Assembly: GCF_046119375.1 (NCBI RefSeq)
Contig: NW_027362773.1
Coordinates: 117,304,001 to 117,368,000, forward strand
Direction of reading: 5' to 3'
Source of the DNA: Phyllobates terribilis
Lineage: Eukaryota
Length of the DNA stretch: 64,000 nt
Position 1 is the first letter of the stretch; the number at the start of each line of letters is the position of its first letter. The notes beneath the pieces are model-generated. The model saw nothing but the letters and a program-made list of their open reading frames with translations, had not been told where the DNA came from and did not search any database. The position numbers and the translations under genes are program-made. Positions 1 through 12,939 of the stretch are shown here, in pieces.

Positions 1-665
1 TTGCTGTGAAGTAGCGAGTGGACCACAAACGGGAGTACAGTGACAACGAGCAGGAGTTAGGTAAGAGTTCAGACTCTGCAGAAAAAGGAAAGGTACGGAC
101 ATAGAGAAACACAGAAAACAGGCTAGAAGGGTATACAGACAAGAACAGACACAGTAGCAATATACAGGAGCGGGTCTAGGTATGCAGCCCCTAGAAGGCG
201 GGAGGAACAGGCTAGGAGCGTGTTCAGACAGGACAGACAAGATACAGGAGCGGGTCTAGGTATGCGGCCCCTAGAAGGCGAAACGAACAGGCAAGGAGCG
301 TGTTCAGACAGGCCTGGAAATACAGCCTCCAGGATAGGCAGACAAGCAAACACAGAAGGGGACCTGACACATTCAGAGTGAAAGAGCACACTGAATGAAA
401 CACAATGCTCAGGCATGGGTTAATTGGAGCAGCTGGGTTAAATACCAGGTGACAGACAGCAATAGGCTGAGGACGCACAAGGGGTGTGCCTGCAGCAGGT
501 ACAAAAAGCAGGAAGTGATCGGGCGCCGCCCTTAAGCAGCAGAAAGAGAAGCAAACAGACAGCATGGAGGGAAGCCAGAGAGACATTCTGGATTGGAGAT
601 CAAGTGCGCGCTCTTGCACAGTGGGAGATGGACCACTATGCAAAGACGCCGCCAGGTATGTTACA
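1..665 (-). mobile_element. Probable LTR (cut by the window edge) containing an ~80-bp tandem duplication (162-232 / 242-312)
   Basis: Minus strand begins TGTAACATACC at 665, an LTR-like TG start; the block ATACAGGAGCGGGTCTAGGTATGC...GTGTTCAGACAGG is duplicated. Confidence 0.45.
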
Positions 666-718
666 CCCACCCATTATCACCGGGTATTGTGCGTCTAGAG
701 ACTGTGTTCTATACTGAA

Positions 719-2181
719 TGTGGCGCCCACCCCAGAAGAACGGGCGCCATTATGTGCGTTATCAAGGACAACATAGAACCTCCCATCGTGGGCCGGGTCC
801 CAGAATGGCGCCAAAAGCGGAGCACGCCCCAAGCAGCAAGGACCATGTATGTAGATGTGTCCATCAAGGTGGGGGAGCTGCCCCCAGGTGTGGCCGACAG
901 CAAGCAGCCATGGGACCGCCCCAGAAAGTTGAGAGGAGGAGGAAAGAAGAAAACTGGGAGACAGGGTGTGGTCTCCAGGAGTCAAGACAGACCGCACCCG
1001 GCAGGCAAGATGGAGGGAGGTGAGCCTGGAACTCCAGCCTGCGGCCTGCAGCAGAGCGAGACACCTCTTACCCTGGGAAAGGTGATCTGTAAGCTGTCCC
1101 TGGAGGATGCGGAATTTCTCCACGCTGAGATGTGTGAGCTAAGTCAGCGGGTGGGAGAGGCCCAGCAAGCAGCCATCACCGGCTGGAAGAAGGAGGTGCT
1201 GGAGAAGATGAGGACCAGACGGCAGCAAGCACCGGACTCCACCGGCAGCGCCCCAGCCCCGGCGGAGCCTAACCAGGACCAGGAGGCAGAGAGCAGCACA
1301 GGAGCAGCCGCGGGAGCTGGTAGGAAGAGTTTCCCTGTCCCGGGCGCAGACAGCGCTGACCTGCTCCTAGGCCCCCTGGCGGAACCTCTGATCCTGGACG
1401 CCTGCTCAACCGACCTGCTCCTAGGCCCCCTGGCGAAGCCTCCAATCCCTGGCGCCGACTCCGCAGACCTGCTCCTAGGCCCCCGCAGTCTAAGGCTGAT
1501 CACCCGGCTGGGTCAGCCTGCAGAAATCAAGTGTTTCCCCGGAGGGAGCACCACTGTTGAACTGTTTAATTGAAAGAAAAAGTTTAAAGACTGTATATAG
1601 TTACCCGGAAGGGTACAGCAGAGACACTGCAAGTTTAAAAAGTTCTGTGTGTGTGCATAATTACCCGGTCAGGGTACCAAAAACTGACAGGCTGAGGACT
1701 GTGAGCAGCCAAAAACTTTACCTGTAAATAGTTGCACTTCTTAAAGTGCCCCTTATTGGTTTTATACAACAAGACAGACCTCAGAACAAAAACCCGTTTC
1801 GCTTGGCCGAAGACGTGGTCCAACACCTGGATCACCTATGCCCTGCAGCCACGCCCAGGGCCTACGTTGAGGGTTTTCGGACGGGTCCCTCATGATCATC
1901 AAAGTGCACCTTACCAGTGAAAAGGACATTCGGCTGTGAACTTCACTGTATTTGATTGGAAATGTTTTATGTGAGAAATGTTTTATGAGTATAAAGAAAA
2001 TGTTCTTTAAAGAGTTTTATATAGAAACCAGTAACGTTTAAGAAAATGTGCCTCCCATAAAGGGAAGAAAAGTTATGATTATTCTTATATGTGAATGCAT
2101 TCTAAAATTTTTGCAAGTCTGAAATACCTTGTTTATACTCTGTTCCAGCCTGCGGATGTGCTGTATTTTACCAGGGGGGTA
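719..2181 (+). mobile_element. Internal region of a probable non-autonomous LTR retroelement with an uncharacterised ORF (ATG 1010 to stop 1573) and a polypurine tract
   Basis: Open frame 593-1573 with three DLLLGP repeats at 57-nt period; AGGGGGGTA immediately precedes TGTGGCGCCCC at 2182; no pol motifs seen. Confidence 0.55.
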
Positions 2182-3404
2182 TGTGGCGCCCCTGAGGGTT
2201 CAGTCGCCACAGAGGTACTGCATCTCACCCAGAGGTGTGGTATCTCACTCTCAGGTAAGGATAGAGTACTGCCGGACCCAAACACCTGCATCCAAAACTA
2301 CACTACTCCAGACCAGCTGTAAGGGCAAGATGTGTCGCGCTTCCTGCTGAGCCCTGTCCCTGGCTGGAGTGGGGGGAACCAAAGTAGGGGTAACCATGTA
2401 GTGGGTGTGGGTGGAGGAAGTAAATCAGGGGAGCACTTGTTAGGAATAGTATAAAGAGAGAAGCCATCTTGGGTGTGTGTGTTCAGTCAGAGGAGGACAA
2501 TGAGAGGAGCAGGAGCTCTGTTGGAACTCTGCGCAGGAGGAGGGCCTGAGGAGAGGCCCAGTACAGACTGAGGGAGAGAGGAGCAGGAGAGGCTCCAGTA
2601 ACGTGGAAGGGACCCCAGGGGTACAGGAAGTGCTCGAGGCCACTCGTACGCCCGAATCTGCCAGGCGGTGGAGGGGTCAGGCCGCACAGAAGTGACCGGT
2701 CCCTAAACTAGCAGAGTTCTTCAAGTCTCAACTAGGAAACCGGAGGCTGTAGTATTTCAGGTACTGCAGCCACAATCCACATCTGTCTCACCAAGAAGGT
2801 AGCCATAGAGGGCCCAGGGGACAGAGAAGACGTCGCCCGACAAGGTCCGTGGTCACTGGATTGGGACACTAGGTGTGAGGTGCAGGGAGACGGCCAGAAG
2901 GAATACACAGAAGGGAGTCCTGCTATGTACTCTGGAGGTACCTGAGGGTTGGCTGAACTCCTGCCAGGTGAACGCAGCGCAACGTGGGAGGCTGTAAGCT
3001 CTACAGTGCAACCCGAGGAACTTGACAACTGTGAGTAAAACCCTGAAGACTGCACCCCACCGTCTCTGTCAGTTATTGCTGCTGCGCCATCACCCCCTGC
3101 ACTACACCGCAACATCCATAACAACTCAGCACTGCCCTGGATCTAAGCTCTACCTGTGGAGAGCTAAACCAACTCTGCTGCATTAACAACAGCTCCAGAG
3201 GACCTGCTCCGCAGCGGCGGCTCCACATAGCCACATACCACAGGTGGCGTCACGAACTGTATATAAAAACTATAAATCCCCTGTAAATATTCCCCTTTGG
3301 ATTGACCGCCCTGGGTCACGGACTGGATCACCGCCACTGTGACATCTCCCTTAGCAACGACCGGCCCGGCACCGAGTACCCACGGCCCAGGGGGCGCGTC
3401 ACCA
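2182..3404 (+). mobile_element. LTR (probable 3' LTR of the preceding element)
   Basis: TG start after the polypurine tract; imperfect inverted termini TGTGGCGCCCC / GGGGCGCGTCA; terminal blocks shared with 5469-5663. Confidence 0.6.
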
Positions 3405-3762
3405 GCACTGAGTGAGCGCTGCCTCAGCCTCAGATTGACAAGCAAGACAAAAAAGGGGGTGGGGTGGAAAAGCGCAGTGCTTGTGTGAACCTGTATGGAA
3501 GTAGAATATACGTGCAGATACAGTGGTCTGCTCACCTGAGTGGGTTGTGCAGACCGCACAACCCAGGTTAAACAGCTACTGGCGCTGATAGCGCTGCCAC
3601 GATGCCTTCAGTGTTTCCTCTGGATTAGCAGATGGAGCTTCCAATCATGTGATTCCGGGTGGGGTCACATGGGTGATGACATCATCGCAGGTCCTACAGG
3701 TCCTGCAGCTGAAATTGTATCCAGTTCTCTGCAGCCTCCAGCCACAACTCCCAAGGGAAAAG

Positions 3763-4218
3763 TGAACAGTGTGCAAATTGAAGTGGTCAGTGGGGCGCTA
3801 GAAACTGGATAAGGCGCTGGAAACATTTATATATGCATTTTTATATGTATGTATTTTTAAAGCATTGCCGTTAATGTCTGCATCTTGCATCTTCATAGTA
3901 AGTTTATAATGTGTAGTTATTGACCTGTAATGCTTTTTTAAGTCCCTTTGTTATTAAATTGTAATTGTCTTTTTAATGGTGATTAAGGGGTTAAGTACAA
4001 AATTCTCCCTTGGCACCTCCCATTGAGTTCCTTTGTTTTATGTATAAAAGTGCCTGTTTCTGCCATTTTCCCATAACTCCACCTGATGAAGGCAGCAGAC
4101 CGCTGCAGAAACGCGTTGTGGGCATTAATACTTCAATAAAGAGGTTTGTTTTATCCTTTTCCAGCGTCTTATCCAGTTTCTAGCGCCCCACTGACCACTT
4201 CAATTTGCACACTGTTCA
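3763..4218 (+). mobile_element. Penelope-like retroelement fragment: hammerhead, AATAAA and a 61-bp inverted terminal duplication
   Basis: 3763-3823 is the reverse complement of 4158-4218 (one mismatch seen); hammerhead core at 4083; AATAAA at 4135-4140. Confidence 0.65.
4077..4122 (+). ncRNA. Minimal type I hammerhead ribozyme motif
   Basis: TCCAC-CTGATGA-AG-GCAGC(agacc)GCTGC-A-GAAA-CGCGT-T-GTGGG: stem I, stem II, palindromic stem III, GUU cleavage triplet. Confidence 0.7.
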
Positions 4219-4441
4219 GATTGACAAGCAGGCACTGGCACTGGCCTTAAGGAAAATGCCCAAAGGAAGCCCAAGACCCCTTAAAACACTATGCAAGGTT
4301 AAAAAGAAACAAACAAGAGATAAATTATTTCCGAATCACAGGCAGGTTGAATCAGACGTTGGCTTTTGTTACTGCAGCCGTCTGATTGCAGAACTTCAGA
4401 AAAACATACTTTGAAAAGCCGGTCTGGGACCATGTGTTTCA

Positions 4442-4594
4442 GGTGACCAGTCCAAGGCAGATCCCCAACAGATCTCCCGGCCCTGCTCCCCTATACTGAA
4501 AGGTGTCTCCCCATGTGTGTATAGGGAGAGACCTGTCAGTCAAGGGGATCAGGGCAGGGAGAAGCTGTTGGGGACCAGCCTTGGACTAGTCATC
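4442..4594. mobile_element. Small palindromic MITE-like inverted repeat
   Basis: GGTGACCAGTCCAAGGC...CCCTG imperfectly complementary to CAGGG...GCCTTGGACTAGTCATC. Confidence 0.55.
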
Positions 4595-4649
4595 TGAGAA
4601 TCTCGGTATCTGGCCAACTTTTCAAAGTATGTTTTTACCTGAACTAAAT

Positions 4650-5663
4650 ATGTTTAGGAGTCCGGTTGCCACATTGGCATTGCCTCCCTCACAGGGGGTG
4701 ATGCCATGCCTGGAAGCAAGGAGGGGTCCCCTTATCAGGTAACACCAGCATCCAATACATTTCCTGGCTCCAGACCAGAAGGGGGAGCTCTAATCAGGTT
4801 TCAGTGGAACTTCCCCTTTAAATTGGAGCCCGGAGGTGGGGGTTAGAAAAGTCAGTTGGAGACTGGAGAGGAGAGACGAGGGAGAACCTGGGGAAGGGAG
4901 CTGTGACCTAGCTCGCCCCAGAGAAAAGCGCCAGAAACCGGGCACCGGAGTCCGTGGTTGTTCGGGTACTGAAGTACCGGCAGCTAAATCCGGAGGGCGG
5001 GAGACTGCAGGTCTCCTGGCCCCGCGAAACACCCGGCGACTCAACAGCGTACTAGAGCCCGGAGCCGCCACGAAGGAGCCACACCGGAAAAAGGCTCGAG
5101 CTGCCTGCCATACGGGCTAGGATTTAACGATCACTCAGGAAAGAGGGCCGTAGCATAGCTTTAGGCAGCAGGGCCAAAGAGGACAGCGCAGAAGGAAGGC
5201 CTACAACCCCACCTGGTGAGGTGGATCCCAAATTGCTTCTAGGCTGCCCGGATCTCCATTACCTTCTGTTACCAGTGCCCCGGTCTGCACCATCAAACCT
5301 CAAGTAAAGGTAGAGGAAACCGCCATTCTTGTGTCATCTAATCATTGTCTGCACCCTCAGTCCTGCACCCCAACATCCACAATCCCCTACATAAACCATA
5401 CCAGTAGCCATGGGGCCCCGCTCTACCAGTGGGGAGCAAATCCATCCCAGCTGCGTCACCAACATCCCCAGGGGTCTCTTTCAGTAGCGGCGGCGGCCAC
5501 CTATAGCTGCATACCACTGGTGGCGTCACAAAACTTGTCCCCTAAATAAACTGTCCTTTTTACTGACCGCCTAGGGCCCGGGACCAGGTCATGCCCCCGT
5601 GACTATCCCAAGGAACCAACCGATCCGGTGGCGAGTACCCCACGGTCCTAGGGGGCGTGTCAC
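4650..5663 (+). mobile_element. Solo LTR related to 2182-3404 (left end approximate)
   Basis: Shares GCGGCGGC...CATACCAC.GGTGGCGTCAC and the GAGTACCC.ACGG.CC.AGGGGGCG.GTCAC terminus with the first LTR. Confidence 0.55.
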
Positions 5664-5917
5664 TTGCTATGTTTTATGTTTTGTTCCTAAATAAAAAAAT
5701 AAATAAATAAGGTGTATCTAAGAAATGATTTTACTCAAACCAAGTGTATTATAGAGATGAATTTCTGCAGGTACAGGATACATTGATATCTCTTAAGACC
5801 ATACACACTCAGGCATCATTCAGATGTAAATTTTTCTCAAATATGAGAAAAACTGACCCATTATTTTGACCAGACTTTAATCAGAATATGGTCCAAGTGT
5901 CATCAGTTTTTCACGTA

Positions 5918-6127
5918 CAGTACAGACCAAAAGTTTAAAGATTTTTCTGTATTTTCATGACTTTGAAAATTGTACATTCACACTGAAGGCATCAAAACTA
6001 TGAATTAACACATGTGGAATTATATACTTAACAAAAAAGTGTGAAACAACTGAAAATATGTCTTATATTCTAGGTTCTTCAAAGTAGCCACCTTTAGCTT
6101 TAATGACTGCTTTGCACACTCTTGGCA
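5918..6127. mobile_element. Tc1-like terminal fragment
   Basis: TA followed by CAGTACAGACCAAAAGTTT, a Tc1-type TIR; no transposase attached. Confidence 0.55.
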
Positions 6128-7481
6128 ATCAAAGAATTTGATTTCTGAGGGAACAACCAACCATCCAAGGCTGCACCCAGACGTCTGTGTTGTACGCACA
6201 TATTTTATCTGCTTTTTTTCATGAGAAGAACACGTTGCCATTTTAATCGATGGCGCTATTAACATATCCATCTTTTTTCACAGACTGTGCTTCCAGCGCT
6301 CAACAGAAGTGTTCAACTCCATGCACAGTTCACACTGAACAAGCTGCCGCTTCCACACGGTTCTCTGCAGCTCCAACACACAGACTGCTCAGCTTTGTTA
6401 GCTGACCCGTGCAGTCTCCATTCAGAGACAGACCCTTGCTTGTCTCTCACCCAGCTACAGCTCACATTTTGGCTGCTCACTCATCAGCTTCAACACACTG
6501 CACTTTGCTCAACATCCTCTAGCAGACTGACTCAGGGTGAACCCATTTCCTGGTTCTTAGTCAAAGCTAGTCATATGCAATTAATCAAGATCTGTAGTGC
6601 TAAAATTTAACCCAGTCCTACCTGGCTTTGCTACAACATGGACGTGTGAATGAGGCCTCATGTGTACAGGGACTCGCTTACTCTGAAAGGAGGGTTAGGT
6701 TTATTATCTTCCAACATCAGATCCTTCCATTATCCCATGAGATAAGCTGCCACCAGAGATAGCTGTCTCATTAGACACATGATAAAACTGAAATAACTGC
6801 TAAGCCACCCATGACTTCTGACGAGCCTTTATAGCTTTTGATCCCTCTAACAATTCAGGCATTTTCCTGTCTGTCGCTCTCAAAACGAAACTGTTTGGAG
6901 CTTGATTTTCTGACCTTGCTCTGTTGACACAGGGGAATAAATGATTCTTCAATCATATGGTCTAGAAAAGCCAACAATCTGAGAAATTTAAGATAATAAA
7001 TGGAGGCTTCTTGGTGGTGACTAGTGAGTGTGCTCGTTTAATCCTTTAACTGAGCATGCTCGGGTGCTTACCGAGTATCTTTGGCGTGCTCATTTATTAT
7101 GTTCAAGTCCCTGCGTCTGCATGATTTATGGCTGTTAGGCAGCCTCAACATATGTAAGGATTCCCTAACAAACAGGCAATCCCTGCGTGTGTTGAGGCTG
7201 TCTAACAGCTATAAATCATGCAGAGCAGGGACTCGTACACCTTGCTCATCACTAGTTGTTACTACCGTCAGGAGCAGGAAGTGGCTCCATCATGCATGAG
7301 TAGACCCACCATAGAGATGGTCAGAACCCCACAAATTAAAGTTGAATGCTGGGTTTTCCAGGGTCATGCCCTGCTGGCAGCTTTCAGAACCTCTTTACAG
7401 GATGGACCTGTGCTGCACACTGCTGGTTCTGGGAAAATTTCTGTAGACGGAGAGAAACAACTTGCATATCACAAGAACATA

Positions 7482-7650
7482 CACGCGTGGTCAAAATTGT
7501 TGGTATCCCTCCACAGAATGTTTAAAAAAAATTAAACTCATGAAATAGGACTGGACAGAAATGATGAATTTCATTTTTTTTTTTTAATTCTGTGGAAGCA
7601 GGGTTGAAAAGCAATGTCTGACTTTCATTTGTTCATTTTCATAGATTTTT
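7482..7650. mobile_element. Tc1-like remnant with large internal deletion
   Basis: TA followed by CACGCGTGGTCAAAATTGTTGGTA, a Tc1-type TIR. Confidence 0.45.
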
Positions 7651-8727
7651 AAACTACATTGCATGCGAGTTGGAAGAACGCTACATAATTACCTTTATTT
7701 GACATGGTTTACATGACTTTTTACCGTTTTGTGGCTCACAATTACAAATAATGGATTTTACTGAAAATGTTTATGCGCTCACATGACCCATTACATAGAA
7801 ATGTCCCTCAATTCATCGCAACCATCACGTTTGTAAATTATTATCTACTGAGTTATGGAACTTTTTGTTTTTGTAAGAAGCCACAACTTCTGTAAAAAAA
7901 TTGTTTTATTATAGAGACGTTTGCGGAACGGATACTGAACTAGGGGAATAGGGAAAATGGTTTGCTTCTGCCTATATGCTCCATTAATTTACAATATGAG
8001 GAAATATTACCTGATCGTCACAGGTGCTATAGCCCTTGGTTCAACAATTATAAGGGCTACAAAATTTCTAAAGAAAAAAGTAGAAAGTAACAGTGGCATT
8101 GTTAGCAGCAAAAATCCGGTGACGACTCACATGCCCCGGACTTCTGATTGGTTGACCTTGTTCTTCGGTGAGGGCCACTTCGGTGAGGGCCACTTTGAAC
8201 TGTATCGGAAACAACATGACTCCGATACAATTGGATCACGTAGTAGACCACCACTTCTTGCATTGCATAGGGTGCTGGCAACCCATGCTACGTCGCTGCT
8301 CTCACTGACTATAGATTCTAAGTTTTATTGGATACAATTGCCAAGACTTTGTAGAGTCTAGAAGATGACATAATTCTGCTCAAGCTTTCCAAGTGCAGAG
8401 TCTCAATCCTGAGTGCAAATACTCCACTAGTAAAGCTGCATTAACCATACTCAAGACACATTTCTAAACGATCTTTGGGGACATTTACTGCGTGACTGAC
8501 CATCATCAATACTGGCAGCCAACGCAGAGCCCATAAGGAGTGATGCCAGCTTTCCAAAAACTCCACATCATGCCCTTTCACCAGTGCAGAAGGCTTTGCA
8601 GAGGGGCGTCATCAATATGGTTTGTAAAGGTGAAAATAGACGGCTCCACATAGGCCGGTACTCAGGGCTCAAAATCTCACCACTGGCCTGGTGCAAAAGA
8701 AAGAATAGTCTGGCTCAACTAATTTTT

Positions 8728-9232
8728 CTTTAACGGTCTTCGGCTCAGTCTCGAGCCATGGCGACTTAATTGATGAACAATCTATAGGAAGATCAATCTT
8801 GTGCAAGCCTAGATAGGACCACCAGGGTCTTCTCCACCGTTATCTTGATTGTATCAAGCCATCGGGTTGCTGGTCTTCCTCTTCGCCTTGTTCCTTCTAT
8901 TCTTCCCACCATGATGTCCTTCTCCAGTGATTGCTCTCTTTGTATGATGTGTCCAAGGTAGACAAGTCGTAGCTTGGTGATCCTTGTTTCCAGTGACATG
9001 TCTGGCTTGATTTGTTCCACAATTGATTTGTTTGTTCTTCTTGCCATCCATTGCGTTGATAACATCCTTCTCCAGCATCACATTTCGAAAGCGTTGATTC
9101 TTCTATCTTGCTTCTTTATAGTCCAGGATTCGCATCCGTATGTTACCACAGAGAAGACTAAACTATGTACGGAGCCGTGTCTTCGCCGCCAGTGAAATGT
9201 CCATCAATTTGAAGATCTTGTCCAGTAACTTT
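8728..9232 (-). mobile_element. RTE-clade LINE, 5'-truncated 3' end
   Basis: ORF 8793-9065 reads LVYLGHIIQREQSLEKDIMVGRIEGTRRRGRPATRWLD, the characteristic RTE ORF C-terminus. Confidence 0.85.
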
Positions 9233-9289
9233 AATGGCTCAATGAATGTATATTAAAATTTCTTCAATTCTTTATTCTAATGTGTTTAA

Positions 9290-10190
9290 CCCCTTTAAAG
9301 CCCATGACGTATTAATACGCGTCTGTGCCCTGGGCTTTAAGAGCCTGACCCGTATTAATATGTCATGGCGATCGCGCGCGCACACAAATTTTACAATCAA
9401 AAAGTCAAATGGTGCTCCTTCCCTTCCGAACCCTGCCGTGCGCCCAATCAGTGTTTTTTCCCCACATATGGGGTATCTGCGTGCCCAGGGGAAATTGCAA
9501 AACAAATGTTGGGGTCAATTTTTTCCTGTTACCCCTGCGAAAATAAAAAAAATTGGGTCTAAAGTAACATTTTTGTGAAAAAAGTTAAATGTTAATTTTT
9601 TTCTTCCACATTCCAAAAATTCCTGAAGGGTTAATAAAGTTCTTGAATGTGGTTTGGAGCACCTTGAGGGGTGCAGTTTTTAGAATGGTGTCACTTTTGG
9701 GTATTTTCTGTCATAAAGACCCCTCAAAGTGACTTCAAATGTGATGTGGTCCCTAAAAAAATGGTTTTGTAAATTTTGTTGGAAAAATGAGAAATCGCTA
9801 GTCAACTTTTAACCCTTATAGCTCCCCAATAAAAAAAAAAAATTGGTTCCAAAATTGTGCTGATGTAAAGTAGACATGTGGGAAATGTTATTTATTAACT
9901 ATTTTGTGTGACATATCTCTCTGATTTAAGGGCATAAAAATTAAAATTTTGAAAATTGCAAAATTTTCAAAATTTTTGCCAAATTTCCGTTTTTTTCACA
10001 AATAAACGCAAGTGATATCGAAGAAATTTTACCACTATCATGAAGTACAATATGTCATGAAAAAACAGTCTCAGAATCAGGGGGATCCATTGAAGCGTTC
10101 CAGAGTAATTACCTCATAAAGTGACAGTGGTCAGAATTGTAAAAATTGGCCTGGTCATTAACGTGCAAACCACCCTGGGGGGTAAAGGGG
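9290..10190. mobile_element. piggyBac-like non-autonomous element (TTAA target site)
   Basis: TTAA|CCCCTTTA at 9286 and TAAAGGGG|TTAA at 10191. Confidence 0.75.
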
Positions 10191-11606
10191 TTAAAGCAGG
10201 TACAGCAAATTCATAAAAAATCCATACTAGCAACGCGTTTCTGGTCAAGTGCCTTACTCATGGTGTCCTCGATATGATCTTTTGGTTTGCACAAAAGACC
10301 ATCGTTCTCGGCAGCTCATCGTTCTATGTAAACAGGTCTTGTGCTGCTGAGAACAATGGCAGCCTATGATATTAGATCAGTGCGCATCTGATGCCAGGTC
10401 CGCTGGTGTGAACACGCTATTCAGTGACCGTCAGTCAGTAAATATTTACGAAATGGAGATCATTTGACTCTGAAAATTTGTCAAATGTGAAGGCACCCAA
10501 ACTTGTGGTGATTGTGCACAGATGACTGCATTAGTCACATTGTTGATAATTCGCTTCTGGTGACACAAAGACAAAATGAGGAAGGGACACAGATGGACAT
10601 ATAATCCGATGTTGCAACCTGCTTTTAACTGCAGTGTGACCACTTGTCCTGACTTAAAGTCACCGTCCTTTGTTACCGCGTTTCACAACAATGTATGATC
10701 TTTGGAAGTAACCAAAAGTTTTACTATCTTAGTGCAATATCCTTAATATGTTTATACATATAGTTATATTGATTCATTATTTATCCACTTGGATTTATTT
10801 ATTATAAATATGATGATAATTATATTTATATTTATTTATTTATATATTTACCCTTTATGCAATAGCACAGTGCACTTTTTTGTGGATGTATACACGTAAG
10901 ATACATTTGATTTTTTCGCATGTGATACCTGTCCAATTAATAGGTTAACATATTTTACCCTAAGTGTTCTCTGTATGTGAGTGTCTTTATCACCTTTCCC
11001 TTTTGTTACTATTTTTGTGTGTTTTTACTATGTTTTTATTATCAAGTATTGAATAAAAGTGATAAATTGTATTATTATTTTTGGTGGATGTGTCTATCTT
11101 TTGGTTATTTGTTTGGTATTGACACAATCATCGTATTTACTTATATGTATTTGTTGTGAATGTATGATCTTTGTCTAGTATAATGGGCAAAAAGGAGAGG
11201 CGCTGAGCTCCTTGTAAGCCCCTCTTATAGAGTAACTTAAAGGGATATTACCATTTATTTTAATTAATGTACAGTATATATTTAGGTAGCCATAGTAAAA
11301 AATAAGCTATTTTGCTTTTATCAAGCCCCTAGTCCAAAAGGGTATGGAAACAAAAAGGCAAAGATATTTCTTAAATTCCTGCATAAAATACATTCATGTT
11401 TCAAATGCTGCCCAAAACTGGAAGATTCCTTTAAATAGGATCAGTCATCCCTTTTGACATATCTCTATTAGTAAATACTGGTATTTCCTATGAAATAACA
11501 ATTTTGGAGCAACTTTTTCTCAAAAGTCAGCTTTGTACCATTCCTTTGTTATTCCCCTTGGAATGGATTTCTAATTTAGTAACTGGGTATTTTCTTTCCT
11601 CCCGGG

Positions 11607-12175
11607 TGTCACGGGTGTGTCAGGTTTGACAGACAGTCATTCTGGATCCGTCTGTAGAAGGTCTCTGTGCTTGGCCTTGCAGACACCTCCCTCTCTAGGA
11701 CCCAGCGGTGATCTATACCTTCTGCTGCTAATTAACACACCCTTGCTGGATCTTTAAATACACTCAGTTGCTCCAGAGAATCGCTGGTGATAGAGTAAAG
11801 TCCTCTGTTCAGGTCTGGAGTTTTGGAGTCGGCAAGATTCTTCTTGGAGTTCCTTTGTGGATTGTAGCCGTAATCCTTCTGGTGTCTTCTTAAAGCTAAG
11901 TGTATCCCCTTGTCTGTTTCCCTTGTTTGTCTTCAGTTGCAGTGGTGCTGACTAGTGCTCACCCCTCCCCCTCCCTACCTAGGGCCTAGCTCTAGGGACA
12001 GCCAGGGCTAAGGTATCCTGCTCGGTGATAGGTGCGGAACCTATTTAGGGACGTTAGGGGCGTCAGGGTGTTGTTAGATTTACCTAGGGGTCTCCACTCT
12101 CCCTTTCCCTAGTTGCTTGGCTTTCCCCCTTTTCCCATCATCGTACGCTGGGTCCTTCCCATACCTAGCATAACA
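11607..12175 (+). mobile_element. Solo LTR
   Basis: TGTCA...TAACA termini; flanks CCGGG / CCGAG (4 of 5 TSD match); same family as 20241-20803. Confidence 0.7.
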
Positions 12176-12939
12176 CCGAGTCTCTCCACAGTCTCACACT
12201 ATCAGCACTGATTGAACAGTGAAGGAGCAAAACATCACAGTGAAAAAAAAATGGTAATGTCCAATTGTTAATGTAACCACGCATTTCCAGGTAGAAAAAT
12301 GGAGGATTGGGCACAGCTCAGAGCAAAACTTGCATTTTCTATTATGTGTATTATATGAAAAATTCAAGTAATTACTAAAACAAGATGTATTAATAAGACT
12401 GAAGGGTCATTGAATGAAAACACCAGTGCTTCAGGATCTGCACTAATAATTCACATTTAAAGAAATGTGCAGCACCCTTACTCATGGCTTTCATCCAGAG
12501 ATTGTCCATGAGAAACCACCAACACGTTTCTGGTGTGTATAGCACCCATATTCGTGGTGTATATCCAGGGATTAAGAGAATTATTCACTGCACACTCGAT
12601 GGGTCAAGCAGAAGTGAAGATGTTTATTTATAGTGGTACAAGTGAAACATTCACATAAAAGAAAATTGCTTCTTGATTGTGACTATAAATAAATTACATT
12701 TCAATTTGGTGAATTTTTTTCAAAATGTCACAGTAGAGGAGTAAGGAGAAGCCAGAAGCATGAAGGTATTCTTATAGGATGCAACGCTGCACCACTTGTA
12801 ACACTGTAAATAAACATCTTCACTTCTGCTTGACCCATTGAGTGTACAGTGAATAATTCTCTTGATGTATATTGGGATCCCACTCCCATTTCACGTGCAC
12901 CTCCAAGAAACCTCATGTGTGCACTCCGAATATATACTA

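Noticed and set aside
7957-8361. 134-aa ORF
   Set aside because: Non-ATG start; overlaps the same interspersed repeat as 14703-14918
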